Shown: positions 16,745 through 27,470, counted from the stretch's first letter. The stretch is 32,000 bases of DNA from Longivirga aurantiaca (GCF_042660085.1 NZ_JBHSTI010000008.1:2325604-2357603); one strand, 5' to 3'. Notes: generated by a model from the sequence alone, not told the origin. Translations and numbers: made by a program.

Positions 16745-17332
16745 ATGACCGAGCCCGATCTCACCGACGCCGTCGCGCCGGTCCCCCTCCAGGTGGGGCC
16801 GTACCGCCTCGACGTGCCGGCGGCGTCCGACACCGCGGACGTGGTCGCGGCGTTCCACGACCCCGACGTCGCCACCTGGAACCCGGCCGGCGGCGGCGAG
16901 ATCACGGCCGAGGAGCGCGCGCCGCTGTGGATCGCGGACCGCGCCACCTGGACGTCGCAGCACGCGTCCTGGGTCGTGCGCGACCACGACGGCACGGTGA
17001 TCGGCCAGGTCTCGCTGCACCACCTCGACCACGAAAGCGGCACGGGCGAGGTCGGCTACTGGCTGACGCCGCGCGGACGCGGGCGCGGGATCGGCACGGC
17101 CGTCCTCGACGCGGCGACGACGTACGCCCTGGACACGCTCGGTCTCTTCCGCATCGAGCTCTTCCATGCTGTCGAGAACGAGGCGTCGTGCCGGATGGCG
17201 CTGCGCTGCGGCTACGCGCTCGAGGGCACGACGAGGCAGAGCTACCGGTACGGCGACGGCCTGCGGCACGACGAGCACCTGCACGCGATCCTCGCCACCG
17301 ACCCGCGCCCCGAGGTGCGGCCGCCGGCCTGA
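16745..17332 (+). CDS. GNAT-family N-acetyltransferase (RimJ/RimL-like)
   Basis: Distal part of ORF 15971..17332 from the ATG at 16745. Acetyl-CoA loop YWLTPRGRGRGIGTA and HAVENEASCRMALRCGY. Confidence 0.85.
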   Translation: MTEPDLTDAVAPVPLQVGPYRLDVPAASDTADVVAAFHDPDVATWNPAGGGEITAEERAPLWIADRATWTSQHASWVVRDHDGTVIGQVSLHHLDHESGTGEVGYWLTPRGRGRGIGTAVLDAATTYALDTLGLFRIELFHAVENEASCRMALRCGYALEGTTRQSYRYGDGLRHDEHLHAILATDPRPEVRPPA

Positions 17333-17335
17333 CGC

Positions 17336-18589
17336 CTACGGCACCGACTTGATGCGGGTGACGAGCACGGCCGAGAGCAGCGTGACGACGGCGGTGAGCA
17401 CGTAGAGGCCGGTGTAGCCGAGCCCGCTCGTCACGATCGGCGCCGCGATCACGGGGGCCACGACCTGCGGTGCTGCGTTGGCGATGTTGATGACGCCGAG
17501 GTCGCGGCCGCGGTCGACGGCGGCCGGCAGCACCTGCGTGACGAGCGCCTGGTCGACCGCGAGGTACATGCCGTAGCCGAGGCCCAGGATCAGCGCCGCG
17601 ACCATCGCGACGTTGAACACCGGGAAGAACGCGAGCAGCACGGCGGAGACGGCCATCACCATCGTGGCGAGGATGACGTAGATCTTGCGCCTGCCGTCGC
17701 GGTCGCTGATCCGGCCGGCGATCACGGCGGTGACGATCGTCCCGAGCGCGTACAGCCCGATGAGGATGGTCTGGCTCGCGGCGGCGTCGTCGACCTTCAC
17801 CTCGTCCTGCAGCCAGAACAGCAGGTAGAGCGTGGCCATGGCGTTGCCGAGCATCATGAGGAAGCGGGTGATCCACGCCCAGGCGAAGTCGGGGTACTCG
17901 CGGGGGCTCACCCAGAAGCCGCGCAGGAACGGGCCGAGCTCGAACGGCGGACGCTCGTGCGGCTGCAGCGGGGTGTCCTTGATGCGCAGCACGAACGGCA
18001 GCACGAGGATCACGAGGAGACCGGCCGTCAGGAAGATCCCGGCGTCCAGTCCCGTCACGATGAACGACACGAGCGCGACGCCGAGGACGATGCCCACGGT
18101 CTGCGCCAGACCGACCCAGCCCGACACGAGCCCGCGCTGCCGCACCGGCACCTGGTCGGGGATCGTCGCGGTGAGCCCGGCGTAGGCCGAGTTGATCGTC
18201 GCCTGGCACACGCCCCACACGACGGCCAGCCCGATCACGGTCGACTGGAAGGCGAGCGCACAGATGGCGAGCGCGCCCAGCACCGAGCCCCAGAGCACCC
18301 AGGTCCTGCGCCGCCCGAAGCGCGACAGCGTGCGGTCCGAGAGCGCGCCCGCCGCCGGGTTGGCGACGATCGACATGAACGCGCCGACGCCGGCGATCCA
18401 GGCGAACGCGTTCTCCTTGCCACCCGATCCCGCCACCTCCTCCGCGAGACGGGGCAGCAGGTTCTGGATCGGCGTGTAGAACGCCAGCATGATGCCGAGG
18501 TTCGCGAGCACGACGGGCAGCACGTAGCGCGTGCCGATCTGCCGCGTCGGCTCCGCGAGCGCCGACGGCGCCTTGTCCTCCACGCTCAC
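17336..18589 (-). CDS. MFS transporter (probable glycoside/sugar importer coupled to the GH1 gene)
   Basis: Distal part of ORF 17336..19117. GTG 18589 forms a GTGA overlap with the beta-glucosidase stop. 12-TM-like profile, loop motifs GALSDRTLSRFGRRR and GRISDRDGRRK. Confidence 0.85.
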   Translation of the reverse strand: MSVEDKAPSALAEPTRQIGTRYVLPVVLANLGIMLAFYTPIQNLLPRLAEEVAGSGGKENAFAWIAGVGAFMSIVANPAAGALSDRTLSRFGRRRTWVLWGSVLGALAICALAFQSTVIGLAVVWGVCQATINSAYAGLTATIPDQVPVRQRGLVSGWVGLAQTVGIVLGVALVSFIVTGLDAGIFLTAGLLVILVLPFVLRIKDTPLQPHERPPFELGPFLRGFWVSPREYPDFAWAWITRFLMMLGNAMATLYLLFWLQDEVKVDDAAASQTILIGLYALGTIVTAVIAGRISDRDGRRKIYVILATMVMAVSAVLLAFFPVFNVAMVAALILGLGYGMYLAVDQALVTQVLPAAVDRGRDLGVINIANAAPQVVAPVIAAPIVTSGLGYTGLYVLTAVVTLLSAVLVTRIKSVP

Positions 18590-19980
18590 GAACGACCTCC
18601 CAGGAACGACTGGAACCAGGTGTACGACGTCTTCGGCACCCGCCGCTGCGTCGCGTAGTCGGTGTACACGAGACCGAACCTCGGGCGATAGCCCTCGGCC
18701 CACTCGAAGTTGTCGAGGAAGGACCACACGAAGTAGCCCTGCACGTCCACGCCCTCGTCGGCCGCCCGCCCGACCGCGGCGATGTGCTCGCGGAGGTACT
18801 GCACCCGGCGCGGGTCGTCCACCCGCGGGACGTCGCCGTCCTCGAGCGTGTCGGGGTAGGCGACGCCGTTCTCGGTCACCATCACCGGCGGCAGCGCGTC
18901 GCCGTACCGCTCCTGCTGCTGCACGAGCACCTCGCGCAGGCCGTCGGGGACGACCGGCCAGCCCATGTCGGTGACGTCCTCGGACGGGAACTGCTTGAGC
19001 TCGAACGGCAGCGGGTTGCCCTCGGCGGGTGCCGAGACGAGCGTGGGGTTGTAGTAGTTGATGCCGAGGACGTCGATCGGCTCGGCGATGACCGCGAGAT
19101 CGCCGTGCGAGACGCACGAGCGGTCGACCGGGATGCCGACGACCTCCGGATCGGGGTACTCCCCCAGCAGCACGGAGTCCATGTAGATCCGGTTCTGGAT
19201 CGCGTCGAGCGACGCCGCAGCGGCGCGGTCGGCGTCCGAGTCGGTCTCAGGGTGGACCGGCGACAGGTTGTGCGTGATGCCGATGCGGAGATCGCCGTCT
19301 GCGGCAGCCCGCATCGCCTGCACGGCGAGGCCGTGACCGAGCAGCAGGTGGTGCGTGGCCGTGAACGAGTCGAACATCAGCACCTTGCCGGGCGCGTGGG
19401 TGCCGAACCCGTAGCCGAAGGTCGAGGCCACCACGGGCTCGTTCAGCGTGATCCACGTGTGCACGCGATCGCCGAGGTTCTCCACCATCCACTCCGCGTG
19501 GTCGGCGAAGCGCTGAGCGGTGTCGCGCTCGAGCCAGCCGCCGAGGTCCTCGGCCCACTGCGGCAGGTCCCAGTGGTACAGCGTCACGACGGGCGCGATG
19601 CCGTGCGCCAGCAGCTCGTCGACGAGCCGGTCGTAGAACGCGACGCCGCGCATCTCGACCGCACCGTCCTCGGGCTCGATGCGCGGCCAGGAGATCGAGA
19701 AGCGGTACGCGTTGACGCCGAGACCGGCCATGAGCGCGACGTCGTCGGGCATGCGCCGGTAGTGGTCGCAGGCGACGTCGCCGGTGCTGCCGTCGAGGAT
19801 CTTGCCCGGCGTGTGCGCGAACGTGTCCCAGATCGACGGGCCCTTGCCGTCCGCGTCCGGTGACCCCTCGATCTGGTACGACGCCGTCGCCGTCCCCCAG
19901 AGGAAGCCGGCTCCGAAACGGTCGCGGGTCCGGCCGTCCGACAGCGTGCCGGGCTCGCCCGGCGACCACAGCGTCGTCAT
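18586..19980 (-). CDS. GH1 beta-glucosidase
   Basis: 464 aa. FLWGTATASYQIEG, acid/base ITLNEP, nucleophile VTENG. Confidence 0.95.
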   Translation of the reverse strand: MTTLWSPGEPGTLSDGRTRDRFGAGFLWGTATASYQIEGSPDADGKGPSIWDTFAHTPGKILDGSTGDVACDHYRRMPDDVALMAGLGVNAYRFSISWPRIEPEDGAVEMRGVAFYDRLVDELLAHGIAPVVTLYHWDLPQWAEDLGGWLERDTAQRFADHAEWMVENLGDRVHTWITLNEPVVASTFGYGFGTHAPGKVLMFDSFTATHHLLLGHGLAVQAMRAAADGDLRIGITHNLSPVHPETDSDADRAAAASLDAIQNRIYMDSVLLGEYPDPEVVGIPVDRSCVSHGDLAVIAEPIDVLGINYYNPTLVSAPAEGNPLPFELKQFPSEDVTDMGWPVVPDGLREVLVQQQERYGDALPPVMVTENGVAYPDTLEDGDVPRVDDPRRVQYLREHIAAVGRAADEGVDVQGYFVWSFLDNFEWAEGYRPRFGLVYTDYATQRRVPKTSYTWFQSFLGGRS

Positions 19981-20045
19981 GGCGGCACCCTGCCACGCCG
20001 GCCGCGCGGATGCGGGCTCTACGGCGAGGTGTCAGCCGATGCCGT

Positions 20046-20861
20046 TCACGGCTGCCGACGGTGCGGCACGACCGTGGTCCTGGCGGCCTTGTCGTGGATG
20101 GTCTGCCGCCACGGCTTGTCCCAGAGCGGCCACAGGTAGTCGATGATCGTGAAGAAGCCGCCGACGAGCGCCGCGCCGCCGCTCTCCACGGCCCAGCGGA
20201 TGCTCGCCGTGCCCCAGGTGAGGCCGACGCTGTCGAGGTCGCGCGGGCGGACGCGGATGCCGAGCGCCCTCTTGCCGAGCGTCCGCCCCCAGCGCACGTT
20301 CTGCGGCACCTCGTAGACGAACGTCACGAGCAGGGTGACCACGTTCAGGACCAGCGAGACCCCGGCGACGTCGGTGACCCACTGCTGCACGGCCTCGGCG
20401 GTGGGCATGCCGTCGGCGCCCACCGCATCGAGGTAGCGGGTGAGCGCCGGCCAGAGGAGCCAGAGCGCCACGGGCACGAGCACGATGCCCTCGATGAACG
20501 AGTCGATGATCTTCGCCATGACGCGCGAGCCGTACGACGCGATCTCGTACGGCGCCTCCGCGGGTGCGCCGTAGCGACCCGGTGCGGGAGCACCGTACGG
20601 CGGGGCGGGCGGAGGGGCCCAGCCCGCGGGCGGGGGCGGGTAGCCGCCCGGCGGCGGGACCGGTGCGGGGGGTGCCGCCTGCTGCCGCGGGGCGGCAGCC
20701 GGGGCCGAGCCCGGCGGCGGCAGCGCGACGGGCTGGCCCGGCACCGGCGGGGGCGTGCCCTCGGGCAGCAGCACCGAGGCGCCCCAGCGGGCGCCGTCCC
20801 ACCAGCGCACGTAGCCGGCGCTCGAGAAGGGGTCGGGGTACCAGCCCGGCGTCATCGCCAT
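20046..20861 (-). CDS. RDD-family membrane protein with N-terminal DUF2510 (GWYPDP) domain and Pro-rich linker
   Basis: ORF 20046..20951 trimmed to the ATG at 20861 (MAMTPGWYPDPFS...). C-terminal RDD-like TM region. TACGCT box 6 nt upstream. Confidence 0.8.
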   Translation of the reverse strand: MAMTPGWYPDPFSSAGYVRWWDGARWGASVLLPEGTPPPVPGQPVALPPPGSAPAAAPRQQAAPPAPVPPPGGYPPPPAGWAPPPAPPYGAPAPGRYGAPAEAPYEIASYGSRVMAKIIDSFIEGIVLVPVALWLLWPALTRYLDAVGADGMPTAEAVQQWVTDVAGVSLVLNVVTLLVTFVYEVPQNVRWGRTLGKRALGIRVRPRDLDSVGLTWGTASIRWAVESGGAALVGGFFTIIDYLWPLWDKPWRQTIHDKAARTTVVPHRRQP

Positions 20862-20867
20862 GGCGTG

Positions 20868-20873
20868 AGCGTA
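20868..20873 (-). promoter_or_regulatory. Candidate -10 box TACGCT, leaderless RDD gene
   Basis: On the minus strand, CCTACGCT-CACGCC-ATG(20861). Confidence 0.4.
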
Positions 20874-21057
20874 GGCGCTGCCCGAGCACGGCCGGCGCAC
20901 CGGACCGCCCGGCCGAGTTCGGTGAGCCTGGCCTTCCGTGACGGCGTTCACACCGGCAGCCTCGTCCAGCCGCGCGTCACAACCTGTTCTGCGCGGCTAC
21001 CGTGAGCAGCGCTCCGGTGGTCAGATCGTCCAGCGCGCACGGCAGGGGGTGGTCGCA

Positions 21058-21558
21058 ATGCCCGAGACCGCGGTCGACAGGATCGACGCCGCGATCCTCG
21101 CGCTCTTCGCCGCGGAGCCGCGGGTGGGGGTGCTCGAGGCCAGCAGGCGGCTGCGCATCGCCCGCGGCACGGTGCAGGCCCGGCTCGACAAGCTCGCCTC
21201 GCGGGGCGTCGTCACCGGCTGGGGGCCCGACCTCGACGCCGCCGCGCTCGGCTTCCCCGTCACCGCCTTCGTCACGCTCGAGATCGCCCAGACCGGCCAC
21301 GACGAGATCGGCGCGCGTCTCGCCGCGATCCCCGAGGTGATCGAGGTGCACACGATCACCGGCGGCGGCGACCTCCTCGCCCGGGTCGTCGCCCGGTCGA
21401 ACGCCGACCTCCAGCGCGTGATCGACCAGGTCGTGGCCACCGACGGGATCGGCCGCACGTCGACCGCCATCGCGCTCGCCACCCAGGTGCCGCACCGCGT
21501 CCTGCCCCTGCTGCTCGCAGCCGCGGGCGACGAGCACGCCGGAGCTGTCGACCGCTGA
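21058..21558 (+). CDS. Lrp/AsnC-family transcriptional regulator
   Basis: ORF 20938..21558 trimmed to the ATG at 21058. N-terminal HTH (IDAAILALFAAEPRVGVLEASRRLRIARGTVQARLDKL) followed by an AsnC/RAM domain. Confidence 0.85.
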   Translation: MPETAVDRIDAAILALFAAEPRVGVLEASRRLRIARGTVQARLDKLASRGVVTGWGPDLDAAALGFPVTAFVTLEIAQTGHDEIGARLAAIPEVIEVHTITGGGDLLARVVARSNADLQRVIDQVVATDGIGRTSTAIALATQVPHRVLPLLLAAAGDEHAGAVDR

Positions 21559-21707
21559 CCGCGTCCGGAACGGGGGGCGACCGCACCCCGTCTCCCGGCT
21601 GAGCGGACGACGATGGGCCGGTCGGGCCTGTCGTGCGCCGTCGGCGTGCTGCACCCTCGTACGGTGGTCGCCGTACCGCCGCCGTCCCGCACCGAGGAGC
21701 CCCGCCC

Positions 21708-23072
21708 GTGACCCGTCGACTCGTCGCCCCGGTCGCGGTGAGCGCTGCGGCACTCGCGGCCCTCCTCCTCGGAGCGCTCCCCGCCAACGCCGAGGTGCCG
21801 CCGGACTCCGGCGCCACGACCCCCCCGACGTCGTCGGTGCCGCTCGACGGGTACGACGCCTACGTCGCGGCGCAGACCCGCATGGCCGCCCTGCTCCCGG
21901 CCAGGGTCGCGGCGGCGCGGGCGCTCGGGCCCGCTCCCGGCATCCTCGTGAGCGACGCCGGCACCGGAGAGGTCGCGTACGCCGCGCACTCCACCACCCC
22001 GATGCGCGGCGCCTCCACCACCAAGCTGCTGACCGCCGTCACCTCGCTCGCGACCCTCGGCACGACCACCCGCTTCCCCACGACCGTGCTCGACGGACGA
22101 CGCGCCACCGAGGTCGTGCTGCAGGGCGGCGGCGACCCGATGCTCACCAGCGCGCAGGTGTCCGCCCTCGCCCGCAGCACGGCGAGGGCACTGGTGCCGC
22201 GCGCGCCGGCGGCCGGCTCGGCGACGACGTTCCGGGTCACGGTCAAGGTCGACGACACGCTCTACCCCGTGCCCACCCCCGCGGTCGGCTGGCCCTCGCA
22301 CTACCTCCCGTACGTCGTCGCCCCGGTGCGGCCGCTGATCCGCGACCTGCGCAACAGCTGGGACTCGGCCAAGGACGTCGGCACGTACTTCGCCGCGCGG
22401 CTCGCGGTGGAGCTGAAGGCCGCGCTGGCCGCGCGCCCCGATCTCGCCGTGTCGGCGGCGTACTCGGGGAAGATGGCGGCGGCCGACGGCGCGCCCGTGA
22501 TCGCCCGGTTCGCCGGCAACACCAGCGCCTCCGCGCTGAGGCTCATGCTGCTCGTGTCCGACAACGACGTCGCCGAGATGATGCTGCGCAACAGCGCCGT
22601 GGCGGCGACCGGAGCCGGCTCGTGGACGGCGGCCCGCTCGACCGCGCGCTCGACGCTGAACGGTCTCGGGATCGACACCACCGGCTGGGTGTTCGACGAC
22701 GGCAGCGGGGTCTCCCGCACCGACCGGCTCACCGCGCGCGGCCTCGTGCAGCTGCTGCGGGTGGCGCAGTCCCCCGTGCACCCCGAGCTCGCCCCGCTGC
22801 GGGGCTGGCTGCCCGTCGGCGGCGTCAGCGGCACGCTCAAGGCGGCGAACGGCCGCTTCACGACGTCGCCGACGAGCTGCGCGCGCGGCGACGTGTTCGC
22901 CAAGACGGGGACGCTGTTCGACACGATCGGCCTCGCCGGCTACGCGCGGGGCAGCGACGGCAGGTTGAAGACGTTCGCCGTGCTGGTGCACCGTTCCGGG
23001 GAGACGTATCCCAAGCTCACCGTGCGGCAGAGCGTCGACCGCGTCGCGGCGACCGCGACCGGCTGCTACTGA
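21708..23072 (+). CDS. dacB: D-alanyl-D-alanine carboxypeptidase/endopeptidase, PBP4 (peptidase S13) family
   Basis: ORF 21633..23072 trimmed to GTG 21708 (GAGGAG 8 nt upstream, then a signal peptide ...LPANA). Motifs STTK, SDN, KTG. Confidence 0.85.
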   Translation: MTRRLVAPVAVSAAALAALLLGALPANAEVPPDSGATTPPTSSVPLDGYDAYVAAQTRMAALLPARVAAARALGPAPGILVSDAGTGEVAYAAHSTTPMRGASTTKLLTAVTSLATLGTTTRFPTTVLDGRRATEVVLQGGGDPMLTSAQVSALARSTARALVPRAPAAGSATTFRVTVKVDDTLYPVPTPAVGWPSHYLPYVVAPVRPLIRDLRNSWDSAKDVGTYFAARLAVELKAALAARPDLAVSAAYSGKMAAADGAPVIARFAGNTSASALRLMLLVSDNDVAEMMLRNSAVAATGAGSWTAARSTARSTLNGLGIDTTGWVFDDGSGVSRTDRLTARGLVQLLRVAQSPVHPELAPLRGWLPVGGVSGTLKAANGRFTTSPTSCARGDVFAKTGTLFDTIGLAGYARGSDGRLKTFAVLVHRSGETYPKLTVRQSVDRVAATATGCY

Positions 23073-23081
23073 TCCCGGACT

Positions 23082-23121
23082 GGGTGCCGGAGAGGCACCT
23101 CGCGGTCCCTCTCCGGCACCC
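23082..23121. terminator. Bidirectional terminator hairpin between convergent dacB-like and IclR genes
   Basis: GGGTGCCGGAGAGG-(12 nt)-CCTCTCCGGCACCC, a 12-14 bp perfect stem in the 57-nt convergent gap. Confidence 0.6.
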
Positions 23122-23129
23122 CGAGCGGG

Positions 23130-23786
23130 TCAGCGCAGCGCGCGCGCGACCTCGCCGGCGGCGCGCAGCACCTTGGGGCCGACGTCGTCGAGCACGAGGT
23201 CTCCGAGCGCGAGCACGCCGACCGACGCCTCGATGCCGGCGACGCCGAGCAGCGGGGCCGCCACACCGACGGCGCCCGGCTGGAGCTCGCCGGTGGACAC
23301 GACCCAGCCGGGCTCGAACGGGCGACCACCGGTCGCCCGTGCGGCGAGCACGGCCTTCCCGCCGGCACCGCGGTCGAGCGCATGGCGCGCACCGACGCGG
23401 TAGGCGACGTGGAAGTCCGAGCGGGTGGGCTCCACGACCGCCACGGCGAGCGCGTCGGACCCGTCGACCACCGTGAGGTGCGCGGTGGCACCCACGGAGT
23501 CCGACAGCCGGCGCAGCGCCGGGAGGGCGGCCTCCCGCAGGACGGGCTGCACCTGCCGCGCGAGCGCCAGCACGGCCATGCCGAGCCGGCAGCGGCCGTC
23601 GGTGCCGCGCCGCAGCAGCGCGTGCTGCTCGAGCGTGACCACCAGGCGGTAGACGACGGTGCGCGAGACGCCGAGCCGTGCGGCGATCTCGGTGACGGTG
23701 AGGCCGTCCGACGCGTCGGACAGCAGTTCCAGGACTGACAGCCCTCGATCGAGGGTCTGGCTGGTCTCTGCGACCACGCGATCCAC
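23130..23786 (-). CDS. IclR-family transcriptional regulator
   Basis: ORF 23130..24005 trimmed to GTG 23786 (GAGGGA Shine-Dalgarno); alternative GTG 23777. N-terminal SQTLDRGLSVLELL...GLTVTEIAARLGVSRTVVYRLV, then an IclR effector domain. Confidence 0.8.
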   Translation of the reverse strand: MDRVVAETSQTLDRGLSVLELLSDASDGLTVTEIAARLGVSRTVVYRLVVTLEQHALLRRGTDGRCRLGMAVLALARQVQPVLREAALPALRRLSDSVGATAHLTVVDGSDALAVAVVEPTRSDFHVAYRVGARHALDRGAGGKAVLAARATGGRPFEPGWVVSTGELQPGAVGVAAPLLGVAGIEASVGVLALGDLVLDDVGPKVLRAAGEVARALR

Positions 23787-24000
23787 CTCGGTCCCTCTGC
23801 TCGTGGTCCCTCGTGAGGACCCGTGTGCTCGGTGCCGGAAGGCGCGTGGCGCACCCTCCTCGGCAGTCCGGCCGGGCGACCGGTCTGTTGACCACTCTGC
23901 CCCAGGTCGGGCCGGTTCGGTCAATTCCCGGCGTCCGATCTGCGACTCCTGCCACAACGAGGAGCGGTCGTGCGGGAGTTCCGCGGCGCACGTGGCGAAC

Positions 24001-24033
24001 CTCACGGACCCCGGCGTGGCGGGGGTCCGTGAG
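24001..24033 (-). terminator. Hairpin downstream of hdeD
   Basis: CTCACGGACCCC-(9 nt)-GGGGTCCGTGAG, a 12-bp perfect stem 39 nt past the hdeD stop. Confidence 0.5.
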
Positions 24034-24071
24034 GCCCGGTGGTCGTGCTGAGAGCTGTGCTGCGGTGCAGG

Positions 24072-24632
24072 TCAGACGCCTGCGGCCTTCTTCACCTGGA
24101 AGGCGCCGACGATCTCGCTGACGCCGAGGACGATCAGCATGATTCCGGTGATCCACACGATCACGCCGATCGTGGCCGGCCACACGAAGATGACGATCGC
24201 GCCGAGGATCCCGAGGATGCCGCCGGTGATCATCCAGCCGCGCCCCTCCATGCCCTTGCTCTGCAGACCGACGATCAGCTCGGTGATGCCGCGGAAGAGC
24301 CAGGCGATACCGATGAAGATCGCGAGCAGCGTCACCGAGTTGAGGAAGCTCTTGAACGCGAAGATCGCGAGGACGATCGACAGGATGCCGGAGATCGCGA
24401 GCAGCGCCCGGTGGTCCTTCTGCGAGAACGACTGCACGATCTGGAAGATGCCGCTGATCAGCAGGTAGACGCCGAACAGCACGGCGAGGACGACGAGGCT
24501 CTGCTTGGTGAAGATCACCATGCCGAGCCCGAGCAGCAGCGTGAGGACGCCGAGGAACAGCAGGAGCCCCCAGCTCCGGCCGAGCGCGGCGAGGATGTCC
24601 TTGTCGTCGTAGGTCTCGGTGGTCGCGGACAT
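24072..24632 (-). CDS. hdeD: HdeD-family (DUF308) acid-resistance membrane protein
   Basis: ORF 24072..24731 trimmed to the ATG at 24632 (AAGGAGG 5 nt upstream). Repeated DUF308-like TM hairpins (GILSIVLAIFAF..., GILGILGAIVIFVWP...). Confidence 0.8.
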   Translation of the reverse strand: MSATTETYDDKDILAALGRSWGLLLFLGVLTLLLGLGMVIFTKQSLVVLAVLFGVYLLISGIFQIVQSFSQKDHRALLAISGILSIVLAIFAFKSFLNSVTLLAIFIGIAWLFRGITELIVGLQSKGMEGRGWMITGGILGILGAIVIFVWPATIGVIVWITGIMLIVLGVSEIVGAFQVKKAAGV

Positions 24633-24793
24633 GCCGCCTCCTTGTGGTGCCCGGTGCTGTGCACGGTGGGTGCGCACGACCGGCGGGCCGTACGTCGCGT
24701 CCACAGTACGGGCGCGCGCCGGCCCGATCACGCACCCACGGAGGTCCGTGGCCCACCGTGTCGTGCCTCGCCTCGGGCTGCGAGCCCCTGCGG

Positions 24794-25551
<758 letters not shown>

Positions 25552-25555
<4 letters not shown>

Positions 25556-26442
25556 GCCGTGCCGCTCGCGTTCTGCCGGGCGATCGACTTCTCCAGCACG
25601 CGGTCGGTGAGACGGGTGAGCGGGATCGTCACGAGCAGGAACAGGATCGAGGCCACGATGTAGGGCGTGTAGTTGAAGGTCGTCGACGTCTCGATCTGCG
25701 CGTTGCGGATCGCGTCGCGCGCTCCGAGGATCGAGACGAGGCCGATGTCCTTGAGCAGCGCGACGAGGTCGTTGAGCAGCGGCGGCACGACCCGGCGGAT
25801 CGCCTGCGGCAGCACGACGTGGCGCATGGTCTGCGCCTGCGAGAGGCCGAGGCTGCGGGCGGCGGCGCGCTGGCTGGGATGCACCGAGAGGATGCCGGAC
25901 CGGATCACCTCGGCGACGTACGCGGAGTAGGTGAGCACCACCGCCGCGGTGCCGAGCACGTTGACGCTGGGCGGGGTGTCGGTGAGCTGCAGGGCCGGGA
26001 CGCCGAAGCCGATGAGCAGCAGCACCAGCAGGAGCGGGATGCCGCGGAACAGGTCGACGTAGACCGTGGCGAGGATGCGCAGCGGCGCCAGGGCCGGCGC
26101 GGTCGAGGTGCGCACCAGCGCGATGACCATGGACAGCACCGCGATGCACACCACGGCGATCGCGGCGAGCCTCAGGTTGAGCAGGAAGCCGTCCCAGATG
26201 TCCGGGAGCACCTCGAGGCCGTAGGAGAGGTCGAAGAACGTCTCCTGGACGACCGGCCACCCCTTGGAGGTGCCCACGACGACCATGAGCCCGCCGATGA
26301 CGACGACGGAGGACAGGACCGCGACGAGCGTGCGGCGGCGGTCCTGCGCCCGGCGGACGGCCCGGCGCGCGAGCTCGTGCTCGCTGGGCGCCCAGACGGG
26401 CCCGGCCGTGCCGGCCGGGCCCGTCTGCTGGTCGTGCGTCAC
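25552..26442 (-). CDS. Amino-acid ABC transporter permease
   Basis: Distal part of ORF 25552..29127 from GTG 26442 (GTGA overlap with the SBP stop). EAA-type loop AARSLGLSQAQTMRHVVLPQA. Confidence 0.85.
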
Positions 26443-27338
26443 GGAGCCAGGACAGGGGCGCCCTGGTCGGCGAGCCACTCCTTCTCGAGCGCTGCCAGGG
26501 TGCCGTCCTCGCGCAGGGCGTCGACGGCGCCCGACACGCACTGCGTGATCGGGCTGTCCTTGGCGAGCAGGAGACCGAGCTGCTCGTTCGCAGCGGCGGA
26601 GTCGGGCAGCTGACCGACGATGACGCCCTTGTCGATCTCGACGAAGGCCAGGTAGAAGGCCGTCGGGAGGTCGACGACGATGCCATCGATCTGCTTGTTC
26701 TTCAGCGCCGTGACCGCAGCCGCGTTGTCGTTGAAGACCTGCGCCTTCTCGGTCGGCTGGATCTGCTCCTCGATCGCCTTGAGCGACGTGGTGCCGATCG
26801 CCGCGCCGAGGCGGGCACCCTTGAGCTCGGCCACGGTCGTGGCCTTGGCGATCGGGCTCGACTCGTTGGAGATGACGACCTGCGAGAGGGCGTAGTAGCC
26901 GGACGAGAAGTCGACGACCTTCTTGCGCTCGTCGGTGATGGAGTACTGCTGGATGTTGAAGTCGAACGTCTTCGGGCCGGGGGCGATGGCCGAGTCGAAC
27001 GTGGTGCGCACCCACGTGACGTCGGCGTTGTCGTAGCCGAGCTGCTTGGCGACGGCGTAGGCAACGGCGGACTCGAAGCCCTTGCCGCTGGTGGGGTCGT
27101 CGTCGAGCATCCACGGCGGGAACACGGGCTCGCCCGTGGCGATCGTGAGCTTGCCGGCGTTCAGGGTCTCGAGCGACTCCGGTGAGCAGGTCGCAGACGG
27201 CGAGGCGGACTCGGAGGCGGACTCCGAGGCCGTGGCCGCTGCGGACGAGCTCGTGGTGCCGCCCGAGGACGAGCTGCCGCAGGCCGAGAGCAGCAGGGCT
27301 GCAGCGACCGGGACGAGCACGAGACGGGTACGACGCAC
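26439..27338 (-). CDS. Amino-acid ABC transporter substrate-binding lipoprotein (family 3 SBP)
   Basis: ORF 26439..27398 trimmed to GTG 27338 (GGAGG 7-8 nt upstream). Lipobox LLLSAC, Ser/Ala/Glu-rich linker, then an SBP_bac_3-like body. Confidence 0.85.
   Translation of the reverse strand: MRRTRLVLVPVAAALLLSACGSSSSGGTTSSSAAATASESASESASPSATCSPESLETLNAGKLTIATGEPVFPPWMLDDDPTSGKGFESAVAYAVAKQLGYDNADVTWVRTTFDSAIAPGPKTFDFNIQQYSITDERKKVVDFSSGYYALSQVVISNESSPIAKATTVAELKGARLGAAIGTTSLKAIEEQIQPTEKAQVFNDNAAAVTALKNKQIDGIVVDLPTAFYLAFVEIDKGVIVGQLPDSAAANEQLGLLLAKDSPITQCVSGAVDALREDGTLAALEKEWLADQGAPVLAP
27202..27230. repeat. 12-nt tandem repeat (about 2.4 copies) encoding the (SESA)n lipoprotein linker
   Basis: GAGGCGGACTCG GAGGCGGACTCC GAGGC, read directly from the sequence. 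Translates on the minus strand to ...ASESASESAS.... Confidence 0.6.
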
Positions 27339-27470
27339 GGTGAGACCTCCGCGGGGGTGCCGAAGGGCGGTCCCTCGGCCTGGCGGGCATTGTGCCAAAC
27401 GGGGGAAGGGCTGCCGACCGCAGGACCTGCCTGGACGGCCCGCGACCGCAGACCGAGACAGAACCGATAC

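Noticed and set aside
23787-24000. A possible small gene or regulatory RNA in the 285-nt gap upstream of the IclR gene (for example GAGGAG followed by GTG at 23970)
   Set aside because: The candidate peptide is 20 codons with poor third-position GC and runs into the hdeD terminator hairpin. I saw no convincing promoter or conserved structure. It remains an unexplained spacer rather than a supported feature.
24139-24468. 109-aa plus-strand ORF antisense to hdeD in a locally lower-GC stretch
   Set aside because: The lower GC is explained by the Ile/Phe/Leu-rich membrane protein on the minus strand, which has a strong AAGGAGG site and DUF308-like repeats. The antisense translation has no features.
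27383-27397. Sigma-54-like TGGCAC-N5-(C)CGC element on the minus strand upstream of the ABC transporter SBP gene
   Set aside because: The -12 element does not match TTGC(A/T). Sigma-54 is generally absent from actinobacteria. There is no enhancer-binding-protein gene nearby.
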